A program made the position numbers and the translations under genes. Positions 27,171 to 40,939 of a stretch of DNA of 64,000 bases are shown piece after piece. The notes beneath the pieces were generated by a model that was not told the DNA's origin, searched no databases, and saw only the letters and a list, made by a program, of their open reading frames with translations. Each line of letters opens with the position of its first letter. Within the stretch, counting starts at the first letter, position 1. This stretch comes from Octopus sinensis. Taxonomy: Eukaryota. Location: positions 102,238,001-102,302,000 of the forward strand of contig NC_042999.1 in NCBI RefSeq assembly GCF_006345805.1, read 5' to 3'.

Positions 27171-28166
27171 CATACATATATACACACACACATTACCTTG
27201 TAGGGGTAATATTGCCCAATTTTTCTGCTGTTTTAACGGCGATACTGCGTTCGAAACTATCACCTTCATGTCTGCATCGTACGATACACATTCGACGCTT
27301 CTAAAAAACAAATATAATCTTGTTTCTATACACACAAGTGGTTGTTTTGAAAAACAACTAGTTTCTGATTGAGATCTATGTAGTAATAGTACTAGATAGT
27401 GAAGTTTATTTGCCAACAGAACGTGGCAGTCCTGACTAGGACTATGTTACTACTTTTTAACCCCAAGAAAACATCTTTTCCAGCTGGTTTGTCTTTGTCC
27501 TATGTATGCGTGTATATACGTGACTCTGTGTGTAACAATTTTAGAGTCCATTCGCTATAGCTCATTATATTTAATTATATTATTACACTGAATATAAGTA
27601 TTGCTTTTTTTATACTCTCAGGGCTTTATGTTCAAAATGCTTTACACAAAGGAAATATTTGCCTAATATTTGCCTGATGCTATTTCTCACACGTATATTG
27701 CATGTGTGTGTTTGTGTGTGTGTGAGAAAGAGAGAGAGAGAGAGAGAGAGTGAGAGAGAGAGAGAGAGAGAGTGTGTGTGTGTGTGTGTGTGGTGTGTGT
27801 GTGTGTGTGTGTGTCTGTGTGTGTATTTGTGTAATCGAGAATATGTATGTCTGTGAGAATGTGTGCGCGTATTTACTGAAACAAAGTTACTAAGAAGAAA
27901 TGGTCTTAGCCAACTACTTATTGTCAATAAAACCAATTTCGTGTTTCTATTACAGCCGAGATATAGAAGATTAAGAGTGGTGAGACTACATGAGCTGAGG
28001 CTATCATTGCTACTATTACTACTACCATTGTAGTAGTAATAGTAGCAGGAACAGCAGTAGTAGTAACAGCAGCAGCAGCAGCAGCAGCAGTATGTGTGTA
28101 TGTATGTGTGTATGTATGTATGCATGTATTTATGTACGTATGTATGTATGTATGTATGCATGTATG

Positions 28167-29103
28167 TTTCTTCTACTTTTTAATTATTATAAATCTTCCA
28201 TTGAGGAGGGAGCCGTTTTCCAACAAAGATACAAGGCTCCACCTTTGGGATGTGTTCAACATAGGCAAATTTACATTTGGAACTTGAGAAAAGTCTTGCA
28301 TATTTTTTACTGTTCCACTCACAAATTGGACTTGTAACGTACGAATCAGCCGGTCAAATTCTTTTTCTGAAAATCCCAGTTTATCCAGATTCTCCTTTAA
28401 GCATTTACTAACGAAACCGAGTGCTCCAATTATTATTGGTATGAATATGAATTAATAGTATGGGTATAGAAGCTGGAGGTTTCGAAGCAATTATCCATAG
28501 ATATCCTCTTTTTCTTTGATTTTCAAAGAGATATTTGTATCTGCAGGGTAGCTAACCTCTATGATGGTACATACCTTTACTTCTCTGTCCTAAACAACAA
28601 TATCCGGCCTGTTATGCTTATATTTACAGACATTTTAATGAGAATACTCCACCAGTATTCCTTGTGTTGGTGTTTATGAATGTATTCCATAAGAGAGGGA
28701 TTTTCTAAGTTTATTTCAGGACAATCATTTTGCGGAAGGCCTTGTAAATGGTTTTAGCAAGAACATTGTGCCGCATAGGGAGGTAGTACCGTGACGACAT
28801 TTTAGGACAGCTGCTAATGACATGCGTAATGTCTTCCACAGAAACATGACATAGTCTACACATGTGGTTTCACCTTGGGATTACAAGATTGTCATTGCCT
28901 CTTTTGTTCACCAGGTGCATTGTGGCAATCTCCTGTTCTTGGATTGCAAACGCATAGCCTTCAAAGTGTGATGTGATGTGGTCTTCTGTCCAAGAGAGGT
29001 TGCGCTTCGTGTCAATTCTACTGTCTTCTTCAAGCCTCAGCTCAACATACCCTTGCATCATCTTATTTATGTATGCTAAGTGCTTTCCATCCAAATCTTC
29101 TCT
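28167..29103 (-). mobile_element. R4/Dong-type LINE 3' portion
   Basis: HFEGYAFAIQEQEIAT, CCHC motif CRLCHVSVEDITHVISSC, RHN, HNRPDIVV...IIEVSYP, IIIGALG. (CATA)n tail. Confidence 0.92.
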
Positions 29104-29284
29104 GAGGTAAATGACTGAAACAATTAAAAGAATAAAAGAATATATATATATATATATAAGATCAGCTCGGCAATTTTCACTTACTGCCGCTGAAACTGCG
29201 CTTGCGCGGTGAATTTGAAAATTTAGAACATATAATGATGCGACACGTGTGATTTGTCTCTAAATTATATGTTAATGTTATGGC

Positions 29285-29358
29285 GCGGTTACTGATGAGA
29301 ATTTCGCCTAGCAAATTATTTTATTTGCTAAAAAATTTTGAATCCCAGGTATAACCGT
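29285..29358 (+). ncRNA. Hammerhead ribozyme with one core substitution (GAAA to GAAT)
   Basis: GCGGTTA-CTGATGA-GAATTT..TAGCAAAT/ATTTGCTA..AAATTT-t-GAAT-CCCAGG-TA-TAACCGT. Lies in a unit of about 350 bp between two (TA)n tracts. Confidence 0.7.
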
Positions 29359-29512
29359 AAAAAAAAATAAGAAGGTAAAGATTTTATTTTTCATTCGCTT
29401 CCAAATTTCTCTTAAATGTGGTTTCGGTCGTTTTGACTGCTTTTTCTAACGTGTAAAGTTATCTGTTAAAGGTAGTTTCTCTTGTGTTTAAATATACACT
29501 ATTTTATATTGA

Positions 29513-29552
<40 letters not shown>

Positions 29553-29749
29553 GAATGAATTATCCTATGTTTACCGTCAACATGGAAAATTCGATGAACC
29601 GGTACCAGGGTAGCAAATTCACGTCAGAAACACGGTTGAAGCGACCTGTCCAAGGGTAGGAACTCCGGGTTCATGTGCAGAAATTTGTGTGCTATATATG
29701 AATAAATAAATGAATGGAGTTGAACGCAGATGTTAACAAAATTCCTTTA

Positions 29750-29831
29750 CTCTCGACATATGTTTCGAAGACAAAATGGTTTCATTCCAAAGAAATAAAT
29801 GGTGCAAGATGCAATCTTCTCATCAGGAAAG
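29750..29831 (-). ncRNA. Type I hammerhead ribozyme, intact core
   Basis: CTTTC-CTGATGA-GAAGAT [long loop] GTCTTC-GAAA-CATATG-TC/GAGAG. GUC cleavage site, palindromic ACATATGT. Confidence 0.88.
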
Positions 29832-30107
29832 AAATGGAGCCTCTCTCAACAACAAGACAAACAAAAATTGCGATGACTGCCTACATGGTAAGCAAAACGA
29901 TAATAAGTGTTTTAAAACAACCGTTAGTAGAACTGACGTCAAAGTGAGATAGTAGGAAGAGAAGGGTTAAAGGAATAATAGGTAGGGAATAAGTGGAGAG
30001 GGAAGGGTACGTTGATTGAAAGAATGTTCAAAGGCTTAGGAAAGAATTTCGCTATTGAAGTGGAGTGCACGTTAAGCTAATTGTTCAAACCACAATGACT
30101 ATCGTAA

Positions 30108-31080
30108 TCATTTATATGAGTAAAAAGTATGTTTCCGCCAGTGTTTACATTTGTACGATTTCTCTATGAGTGTGTTTACAAAGGGAACCTTAGAGAAGAG
30201 AATATGGAAGAGTTCAGAGTTGCAAATGTTACATCTCCTGTCTTTATCAAAAGGAAATGATACAGACAGTATGAACCAATCTAACTTAAAATCTATATTA
30301 TTGTCTTTAAGACGCCAAACTAATTTACTTAGTCCTGTACTATGTCGTTTTTTACTAGCCCTGAATGTTGAATAATGGTTTGAAATTCTCTTGGATAACT
30401 GGGAAGTGGACGCTTCTATATAGAAGAAGACATCGGTACCGGAAGAAATTCTACACTGGTAAATAGAATTCTTAATCTTAGAATTATTAGACAAAAATTT
30501 AATTCTGTTGGGGTTGTCCTCCGAGATCGAAACGAAGTTTTTATTGCTATGATTGTTGTTACTATTATTATTAGCACCACCTACAACACTATTCCTATTA
30601 TTATTAGTATCATTAATGGAAATACAACGAATAATACCATCAACAATAATACCGTTATTGTTAATACCATTAACATACCATTGTTATTAACACGACCATT
30701 ACTATTATTATTATTATTATTATCATTGTTAACACTATCACTACTACCATTTCTATTACTATTAATACTTTTCCTATTATTATGATTGTATAATGGGTTG
30801 GAATTAGCAAGATCAATGCTGGAACTCCCGGGTGAGGAACCTTTATTTAGCAGCTTGGTATTGTGAGAAGATATAATTTGTGAAAGATTTCTAGTGTTAG
30901 AGAAAGCGATTCTAACTATGTGGGAATTGATAATAGAATAATATCTAGAATTTTTGGGAAAGTTCCTAGCAACGGCTTCACGGAACTGCAAGGGAAGGTT
31001 CGATTTAATTTGTTTTCCGAAAGGTATTACGAACCAGATGCAGTTTTTAGTGACCTTTGAATTGTACGTAGTGTTATTTG
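30108..31080 (-). pseudogene. PLE ORF C-terminus with GIY-YIG endonuclease (one frameshift near 30675; YIG changed to YIE)
   Basis: SIYQC....FFYIEAST..LSKRISNHYSTF...TGLSKLVWRLK...W.IL...CNICNSE...CKH. Confidence 0.88.
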
Positions 31081-31349
31081 TGAGATAAATTCAAAATGGT
31101 CGTAGTGTAAAGTATAAATACAATGAGATATTATAATGCATTAATATATTAAAATATATCAAATACATTATAATATAGGTGGCCCGTTAGTAATTAAAAC
31201 TAAAGGCAAGGTAATAAACAAGGGTACAAATTAACACCGGCAATTGCTAGAAATAAGATTAAATAAAATAACGACTTGATTTTTGCTCTTTTCTGTGCTG
31301 TTGTAAAAATCTTTATATTTGTTGGTAGAATTCATTCATTCCAATAATG

Positions 31350-31441
31350 AATTCCCGAGGAAAAGCCTAACTTGTGATTTCAAAAGGATTATATTCCGTT
31401 TTGTTTTGAATTAATTAGGCTTAGAAACAACTTGTAGAGTT
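31350..31441 (+). ncRNA. Hammerhead ribozyme with U4-to-C core change
   Basis: AATTC-CCGAGGA-a-AAGCCTAA [long loop] TTAGGCTT-a-GAAA-CAACTTG-TA/GAGTT. The unit at about 31085-31515 ends in (TA)n. Confidence 0.72.
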
Positions 31442-31541
31442 TTTATTGGATATATGTACCAACTTAGAATAAAGTAACGTCTACACTTCTATTTTTCCTT
31501 TCTTTATTATACTTTATATATATATATATATATATATCCTA

Positions 31542-31719
31542 ATATTTTCAATGAACTTTTTTATATTTTCTCAAGATCTTTCCTTGTAAACTGTTTTAAC
31601 ATTTTTCTTATTATCATCAAAGAATGTATATATTTTCAATGAACTTTTTAATATTTTCTCAAGATTTTCCCTTGTAAACTGTTTCAACACTTTTCTTATT
31701 ATTATCAAAGAATGTATAT
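31542..31719. repeat. Tandem duplication of about 89 bp
   Basis: atattttcaatgaactttt...aaagaatgtatat occurs twice. Confidence 0.9.
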
Positions 31720-31788
31720 ATGTATTGTAATATTTTGTGACAACCAGTACTTAACACAACAAAGTTTTAACAAAGCTTTTTACATTTT

Positions 31789-31830
31789 ACTTTTGACAAT
31801 CCTTTTGTAAAAAAGTGAAACTGGTCAAGT
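31789..31830 (+). ncRNA. Minimal hammerhead with U3/A8 core variant
   Basis: ACTT-TTGACAA-tc-CTTTT gtaa AAAAG-t-GAAA-CTGG-TC/AAGT. Confidence 0.62.
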
Positions 31831-31878
31831 GAATAAACAGCTTTTAAATTGCATTTTCAAACGTTCTTATATATATAT

Positions 31879-32012
31879 AGGCGCAGGTGAGGCTGTGTGG
31901 TAAGAAGCTTGATTCTCAACCACATGGTTCCGGGTTCAGTCCCACTACGTGGCATCTTGGACATGTGTCTTCTACTGTTGCCTCGGGCCGGTCAAAGCCC
32001 TGTGAGTAGATT
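31879..32012 (+). mobile_element. SINE family B, 5' part
   Basis: ggcgcagg..ggctgtgtggtaagaagc, B-box gggttcagtccc. Confidence 0.85.
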
Positions 32013-32100
32013 TGTGTGTGTGTGTGTGTGTATGTAAGTATGTAAGTATGTATGTATGTATGTATGTATGTATGTATGTATGTATGTGTGTGTGTGTGTG

Positions 32101-32166
<66 letters not shown>

Positions 32167-32763
32167 AAAGTCAAATGTATGACAAGCGAGCTGGAATCAT
32201 GTAATTTCTGTTCCCTCGTGATTTATTTAATTTCATATTAAAGGAATAATTGTGAAGGTGCGGATCATGATCGTAAAGTTGTGTGTTCGATTCTGGGTAG
32301 TGTGTTGTATCCTTGAGCAAGATACTTTATTCCATATTGCCCTAGTTCATTCAGCTGGCAAAATTCAGTTGTAGCTGTCATTGAAAATGCACATTCTGTG
32401 CCACACTGAATCTCCCAGAGAGCTTCGTTAAGGGTACACGTGTTTGTGGAGTGCTCAGCCACTTGAACATTAATTTCACCAGGAGGTTGTTCCGTTGATC
32501 CGAGCAACTAGGACACTCGTCGTGACTGATAGAATACCAGTTAAAGGAACGGTTACTTAATACACATATTAGTTAAGAAGAGGGTGCTGATGGAACCTTT
32601 TCTCGTTTCTAGAAGTTCTTTTGTCACAGACCAAGGTGAAAATATTTCCAAGTATATGCACAGTAGCAAAAAATTCAACCAAAAAATACAACATTCGATT
32701 TTTTTTTAATCTCTTAAGTTGTCTGTCAGCACTGACCGAGCAAACTTAAGATCAGATCTAAGG

Positions 32764-33316
32764 TAGTGGTTCTCAACCATCATTTTATCTGTAGATCCTT
32801 TTGATTAGTGTTTATCTCTGGTGGACCTTCCATATGCATTCGATGTTTTATAGAAACTTCTGTCAAAATTCCTATTTCGTTTTTCGCACATTATCTTGTG
32901 TAGCTTGAACTATGTAAAATGTTAGAGGAAGAACCCTAGCTGTCTCTTGCAATACATACCAATACATACATCTAAAGAAATTTTTTTTCATGGACCCTTA
33001 AAATACCAATTTATCATTTTGGGACCCCGTTTAATTACTGTTTTATTCTGGTGGACCCCTATATGCATTCGATGCTTAAAAGCTAGTTTTACAGAATCTT
33101 CTTTCAAAATTCCTATTTTCTTTCCCAGCCATTCACTTGTGGTCGGTTACAGAAAGAAACATAGTTATTTCTTGCAGCAAATACTTCTAAAGCAATTTTT
33201 TATGGCCCCTTACATTATTGCTGTAGATCCCCAATTTACTATTTTATTTCTGTCAACCCCCAAAAATCTTAAATGGACCCTCCAGGAGTCATACGGACCA
33301 CAGTTGAGAACCACTG
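32764..33316. mobile_element. hAT (Charlie-like) MITE with perfect 8-bp TSD
   Basis: TIRs (c/t)agtggttctcaac and gttgagaaccactg. TSD atctaagg at 32756-32763 and 33317-33324. Contains an internal duplication. Confidence 0.93.
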
Positions 33317-33693
33317 ATCTAAGGTGTTCCTGTTGTGGTCATCCTATATGTCCTTCATCTGACAAGGCTATACCATATAATTTAAGGAAGATTCGGCTGT
33401 TGTTTTACTTCTTTTGGAGCAAGACGAGTGATGACGTAGAGGAGTGTTTCTCAAATGCTTTAACTCTGTGGTCAGCCGGACATCAATTCTAACACTCCCG
33501 ACGCACTTCACACGAAAAGTTAAACATCAACAACGACGACGACGACGACGACGTCAACGACAACAGCAGCAGCAGCAACAGCAACATCATCATCAACAAC
33601 AACAACAATAATAACAACAACGTATCAAAGTTTCGATTTATAAAAATAAAATACTAAAGGCATAATCATATATTATTAATTATACTTGTGTCT

Positions 33694-33905
33694 AAGGTGG
33701 TGAACTGGCAGAATCGTTAGCACGCCGGGCAAAATGCTTAGCAATGTTTCGTCCGTTATATGTTCTGAGTTCAAATTCCGCCCAGGTCGACTTTGTCTTT
33801 CATCCGTTCGAGATTGATAAATTAAGTACCAGTTAAGCACTGGGGTCGGTGTAATCGACTTACTCCTCCCCCAAATATCAGGCCTTGTGCCTTTAGAAGA
33901 AAGGT
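33694..33905 (+). mobile_element. SINE family A with perfect 18-bp TSD
   Basis: TSD ttaattatacttgtgtct at 33676-33693 and 33906-33923. Confidence 0.95.
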
Positions 33906-34004
33906 TTAATTATACTTGTGTCTGACAAAATCATGACCAACGTGTTTTTCAAGGCGCTCAATCATTAATAAATGCAGATTTTCTATAGTCTTAATTCATA
34001 TCTT

Positions 34005-34332
34005 TTATTTTCTATTTTACTCATTTCACCACCTTAAAGAATTTTTAGTCGAATGACTCGACAGCGGTTCTTTTTTTTTTTTAATCTAGTATTTATTCTA
34101 TTGGTTCTTTTGTCGAACCGTTACGTTACGGAGATGTAAACACAACATCGATTGACGAACACACACACAACGGGCTTCTTCCAGTTTCCGTCTACAAAAT
34201 TCACTCACAAAGCTTTGGTTGATCCGAGGCTATAGTTGAAGATACATACCCAAAGTGCCACGCAGTGGAACGGAACTTGGAGCTATGTGGTTGGGAAGCA
34301 AACTTTTTACCACTCATCCACACACCTTCGCC
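34005..34332 (-). mobile_element. SINE family B, near full length, diverged
   Basis: Reverse-complement match to 58963-59378. Confidence 0.85.
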
Positions 34333-34462
34333 TCTATATTTAAAAAATCCATCGTGCACTTAGACATATCCTATAGCGCACTGATGTATCGGCTTTCCTT
34401 TTGATTGGCCCGAAGTAAACGCCGAAAAACAGAAATTGTGTATAGTTATAGGAGAGACTATA

Positions 34463-34972
34463 CCGTAAATCCTCAAGTATAATCCGCATTTCCCCCCCAA
34501 AATTTAAAGATCAAAATCCCTAGTGCGTGCTATATATGAGGTTAAAAATGAAAATTATTTTCTAAGCAATGTCCGAGTCTCTATTTGCTGTCTAGCTAAG
34601 TTTATTCAGACGCATTTTGTGATGTCGGGCGCGAAAATACCTTAAGCTAAGCCTGAAAGCAATGAAGTCATAAAGAATCATCCATAACTTGCAGTAAGCA
34701 CAATTTTTTAAACGTTATTACTGTTACTTCTTTATTTTCTGCAAATAAAATGCACAAAAAAGCTACACGTTTGCATTATGTTATATATACAATAATAATA
34801 AAGGACGTTACCATATACATTTTTACAAACCAAGGACGTTATATAGACCTCCTTGACTCAAGTTACCGAAGGGATGCGTATTATACACAAGGTGTATGTT
34901 TTTCAGAGGTACAGCCCCCTGAAAATCCCCTGCGTATTATACTCAAGGCGGACTGTACTCGAGGATTTACTG
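34463..34972. mobile_element. Tc1/mariner-superfamily (Tc2-like) MITE
   Basis: TIRs ccgtaaatcctcaagtataatccgc and gcggactgtactcgaggatttactg, flanked by TA on both sides. Confidence 0.88.
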
Positions 34973-36622
34973 TAAACATTCAGCATTGTATGTTGCAGCG
35001 ACAACAACTGTTGCCTCTGAAGCACACTTCCATAGTTTTTCAACACATATCCCAGGCTACTAAATGAAACCTGTTGAAACAGTGGAAATATTCTAAGGAA
35101 GAAAAGTCTAACATTTCGGACAGAAAACCTTTATCAGAAAGAGATAAAATGATTACAAATAATAGTTTCTAATTTTAGGCACAAGACAAGCAGTTTTGAG
35201 GCCAGTGGGTTTGTCTTATCGGCTCTAATATTTGCCTGATACTTCTTTTTATTGATCCCTGAGGTATGTGAGCAAAATGTTAACTGCGGCGGGATTTGAA
35301 CTCAGAATAAAAAGAGTCGGAACAAATATCACTAACTATTTTTGCCGACGCTCTAGTGATTTTGCCAATATGGGGAATAAGTAAATGAAACAATGTCATT
35401 TATTCGCGACTACTAGTAAATATTCTACTCTTTCTGAGGATGATTTCTATCAGGAACGTTAATTTTCTTTTCTTCCCCAGGATATAAAATTCACTCAACT
35501 GTTGTGATGATGACGATGATGATGATGATGATGATGAGGATAATGGTGGTGGTGATGGTGATGATGATGATGAGGTGTAGAAGAGGCAGGAAAAGGATGA
35601 TGATGATGACAACGACGACGACTACATAGACTCAACCAGTTTAGGAGCTAGGGACAAGGTAGAAAAGACAGCAGCCAATTCTTCCTCAAATCACGACCTA
35701 TCTACTGTCTTAAGAAGAAATACACACATTGGATAATGTTATACTAGATACACTTATGTATGAACAACAACAGCAACACACACCAAAAAAAAAAGAAAGA
35801 CTGTATCGTCACAGCCAGTATGTCATGCCTTTGATCAACAAATTTCTCGATCAGGTTTGACATACAGCTCAACAACAGCATCAGCAGTAGCAACAACAAC
35901 AACAACAACAGCAGCAGCAGCAGCAATTCTACCGGAAGTTGACTGTGTCAGAGAGCTAACTATGAAAAACAAAACAAAACAAAAAAAAAAAAACGCTGCT
36001 TGAAATAAAAACGAACACATACTTAAAGGGAAGAACGATCGGTATCAGAGGATGAAATCGAACCTGTTAAGATTATATCCAGCGCATACGAAATAATAAA
36101 TCTCTCAGTCCTTCACGTTGTACATCAACATCCCGCAAAATGTTTCCATTTTTATTCTTCAAAGCGAGTCTCGCTTGCTGCTTCCGAACAAAGAGAAATA
36201 TTTATGTTCTTACTCTTAGCTTGCTTTCATTTCAACATAATGCTTTCATCAATTATGCACCAAAGTATTTATGATGAAATTAGGCTCTTCCTTTGTCTAT
36301 AACAGCACTAAAATTCATCATCAACATCATCACCACCACCATCACCACCACCACCACCACCACCACAACAACAACAACAACAACCACCACCACCATCATC
36401 ATTATCATCATCATCAGTATTATCGTCATCACCTTCACCACCTCCACCATCACCATCGTCATTGTTGTCGTCGTCGTTACCATTATCATCATCGCCATCG
36501 TCGTCGTCGTCATGATCATCATCATCACCATTCTCTTCCTCCTTCCCTTCCTCTTCCCCTCCTTCCTCACCACATCCTTCCCTACCACATCCTTCCCCAC
36601 CTTCTCCTTCCCTTCCTCTCGC

Positions 36623-36657
<35 letters not shown>

Positions 36658-36971
36658 GTCATCATCATCATCAATGATGTTTTTCTGTTAGTGAATTTGC
36701 CCTTGTAATAATGCCTCCACCCCTGCAGCTCATCTGTTGGCCCAGTGGCAAAAAACGCTGTTGTTACTGTTTTTATTTTGTTTTGGCTTTTTGTTGTTTG
36801 TTATGTTGCTGTTCTTGTTATATTTGTCGTTGGAATGGTTGTTGATAATAATTGTCTTACACACAGTAATAGACAAACACGAACAACGGCCACAAAGGTA
36901 GAAGTAGTAGCAGCAATAGTAGAAGTATTAGTAGTAGCAGCAGCAGCAGCAGCAGCAGCAACAGCAGTAGC

Positions 36972-37005
<34 letters not shown>

Positions 37006-37089
37006 ATTCCTTCTATTACAGGTTATAATGTTGATGATGGCGATGATGATGATGACGACGACGACGATGACGATGATGACGATGATGAC

Positions 37090-37124
<35 letters not shown>

Positions 37125-37141
37125 GGATGATGATGAGGATA

Positions 37142-37172
<31 letters not shown>

Positions 37173-37228
37173 TGATGGCGATGACGATGACGATGACGAC
37201 GACGACGATGATGATAATGATGATGATG

Positions 37229-37278
<50 letters not shown>

Positions 37279-37279
37279 A

Positions 37280-37770
37280 ACAATGTGGCAAGAATTATCC
37301 ATTGGGAGCTTTGTGGAAAGTATAGCCTAGAAAGATCAAAAAAACGTAGTATGACTAAATGGCAGAAGGAGAATTGCAAAATCCTGTGCAATGATTCAGT
37401 GTGACCATCAGATTAAACGTCGAAAACCCGATATTGTTATAGTTAACAGAAAAAAAAAATGCTTGATAATCGACATAGCATGTCCTGGTGACAAGAGGAT
37501 TGAAGAGGAAGAAGAAAAAATGGAATAACTATAATGAACTGAAGTGGGAAATATGCAGGTTGTGGGTAATGAAGAAAGCGGATGTGATACCAATAGAGAT
37601 TGGTACGTTTGGAATTATCAGTACCCAACTAACAACATGGTATATATATTAAAAAAATTTGAACGAATGTGAACATAAACATCTACAAAAATCAACTTTA
37701 CTTGGAACTGCAAGAGTCCACAACAGGGTTCTTGAGGCATGGTCAGTAAACAAGCGTCATTTAGTCTGCT
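37280..37770 (+). mobile_element. Dong/R4 LINE 3' fragment (restriction-like endonuclease), decayed
   Basis: NVARIIHWELCGKY, IQCDHQIKRRKPDIVIV...CLIIDIACPGD. Confidence 0.85.
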
Positions 37771-37828
37771 CGCTGTGAGCAGCTGACACTTACCCAGAAA
37801 AATAAGCTGAGATTTTTCATAATAATAA

Positions 37829-37862
<34 letters not shown>

Positions 37863-37879
37863 GGTGGTGGTGGTGGTGG

Positions 37880-37913
<34 letters not shown>

Positions 37914-37965
37914 ATTGATAATAATAATAATAACAATAATAATAATGATGATAATAATAATAATC

Positions 37966-38540
37966 ATATTTACAGACACGACAGAGTTGGAACCTACATA
38001 CACTGGAAGCTATGCCAACACTATAGAATAACAACAGAAAAAAGATGGTATAGGCACACGCCAGAAAAGGTCACAGAAAATGAGAAAGCAACCATACTCT
38101 GGGATATGCCAATACATACAGAAATTAAGGCTAATAGGCCAGATGTGGTTGTCAGAGATCATGAAGAAAAAAATGCTTTCTAATTGATGTATCAATACCA
38201 ACAGATGACAACGTTTCTCTAAAAGAAATGGAGAAACTTTCAAAATACAAAGACCTGGAAAACTCGAATGTGGAATCTAAAAATAGAACAATTCCTATCA
38301 TAGTGGGCGCATTAGGTATGATAAAAAATATTCAGACAAATACATAACAAAAACACCAGGACTTACAAATATATATAACATACAGAAAATTGCACTACTG
38401 GACACTGCACACATCCTACGCAAATACTTTCAATACAATAACAATAAGAGCATCACGGCAAGCCACAGCACATACCCAAGGCACACAGAGCTGCGCTCGG
38501 TAGTGAAGTGAAAGCACGTTATAAAAATAAAACTACTGAA
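37966..38540 (+). mobile_element. Dong/R4 LINE 3' end embedded in (TAA)n
   Basis: YRHDRVGTYIHWKLC, ILWDMPIHT, ANRPDVVV, FLIDVSIP, EKLSKYKDL, IPIIVGALG. (TAA)n on both sides. Confidence 0.93.
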
Positions 38541-38571
38541 TAATAATAATAATATAATAATAATAATAATA

Positions 38572-38616
<45 letters not shown>

Positions 38617-38618
<2 letters not shown>

Positions 38619-38990
38619 CGACTGCAAGAAAAGACTAAGCTTACGTATGAGGAACGTCTCCAACGGCTGGCATTACCTTCACTCGAACGTCGGAGGATGC
38701 AGGGAGATCTCATTCTGGCTTTCAACAGCTTCAACGTAAGCCTACCATTTGCGGAGTTTTTCACTCCTGCGCCGGATAGAGGTCTTCGTGGGCATGATCG
38801 CAAACTCTATCCCTGACACTTTCTACTCAACAGGCGGAAGTCGCAGCCCCGTGGCACAAGCTACCACAAGATGTCATTCAACTGCTCACCACTCCCCTGT
38901 TCAAAGAGACTCCGGACAACTGTGGCGATTATGCATAAAACTGTATATAACAATAACTGTTTTTTTTTCTTTTTACATGGCTTAAGCACA
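38617..38990 (+). mobile_element. CR1-group LINE 3' fragment
   Basis: LTYEERLQRLALPSLERRRMQGDLILAF...LRGHDRKL. Confidence 0.85.
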
Positions 38991-39134
38991 TTGTGCTCTT
39001 CTCCTGCCAATGAATTTGATTTAATTTGATTTGACTTACTAATCTGAGCATAGCGTGGATCTATTATAAGAAAGCGTATGACATGGTCCCCATTCCTGGA
39101 GTTTAGAAAGTCTCGAGCTGGTCAGTTACAAAGG

Positions 39135-39338
39135 GAAATGCCCAACTGGTTATGGTCAAACAACTGACAAGCAAATCTGTGGTATTGAGCAGAATATTTG
39201 CTGTAGGCCATCTTTTATATCAGGACAAGACAATGTACATGATAACACTTCCAATCAGTTAAGATCAGAAACCATGAGAACCACTGCCTGGTACCGCATC
39301 TGGGCATAGCCACTGCCTGGTACTGCATCAGGGCATTT
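39135..39338 (-). repeat. Dispersed repeat family D, terminal fragment abutting (ATT)n
   Basis: Overlaps in sequence with 45790-45842 and 62440-62503. Has a terminal tandem duplication of about 29 bp. Confidence 0.8.
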
Positions 39339-39368
39339 ATTATTATTATTATTATTATTATTGTTGTG

Positions 39369-39400
<32 letters not shown>

Positions 39401-39414
39401 GGTGGTGGTGGTGT

Positions 39415-39507
<93 letters not shown>

Positions 39508-39527
39508 CACTACTACTACTACTACTA

Positions 39528-40260
<733 letters not shown>

Positions 40261-40939
40261 GTTGTTGTTGTTGCTGTCTAGTACAGACTAAACCCTCGTC
40301 ATATTACTAGTTTGAGTACTTATTTGATTGCAGTGTCAGAAGTTATTAATTGTTGAAATTTTGTTGTATAACATTTATTAAGGCCACCAAGAACATACAA
40401 GGCTGGTTCGTTTGTTTATTTTTCTTCCCTTTCGGCTACAAATTTGAAAAGAAAATTTTAAATTTTGTTTTGTAAAAGTATTTTTTAAAAAAACATGGCG
40501 ATGGTTGTTACAGCCAGTGAAATGGAAACAAAAGTGAGAGAAAACTCCGGCACGCTTCACTCTGCGTGTGGAAGGAGACAAGAACACACTTCAAGTCCAA
40601 AGAACTGCACCACTACTACTACTACGGCAAGTAGCAGTAGCAGTAACATCGACAACATTCACAAAAGCACCAGCGGTAATACAAACGAGGACGGAATTCT
40701 ATTCACGGAAGGGGAGGGAAAATATAATCATTGAGAATTTAAAGTTCAACCGATATGGCAACAAACGAAAGTACCGGTAAAAGCAACATTAGCAAAAATT
40801 ACCATAGCAGCAGTAGCGGTGACAACAGCAGCAGTGGCAGTAACAACAATAACAATAGCGACAGGCAGCAGCAACGACAGCCTCAGCAACAGCAGTAGAG
40901 GCACCGGCTCTTGTAGCAGAAGCGGTAGAAGGGGCAATA

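Larger units (their letters stand above)
29546..31085 (-). mobile_element. 5'-truncated Penelope-like element: linker, Asn-rich tract, GIY-YIG and HHR-bearing 3' end
   Basis: CIWFVIPFG...NFP...IIN...AFSNTRNLSQIISSHN linker, then a GIY-YIG domain. Ends in (TA)n. Confidence 0.9.

Noticed and set aside
29546-31515. Idea that the GIY-YIG elements are naturally RT-less, endonuclease-only elements
   Set aside because: Both copies lack a start codon and break at different points, and 31085-31515 is a separate oppositely oriented unit; ordinary 5' truncation explains this.
36745-37404. 219-aa ORF with poly-Asp
   Set aside because: Made of (GTA)n/(GAT)n microsatellites fused to a Dong fragment; not a gene.
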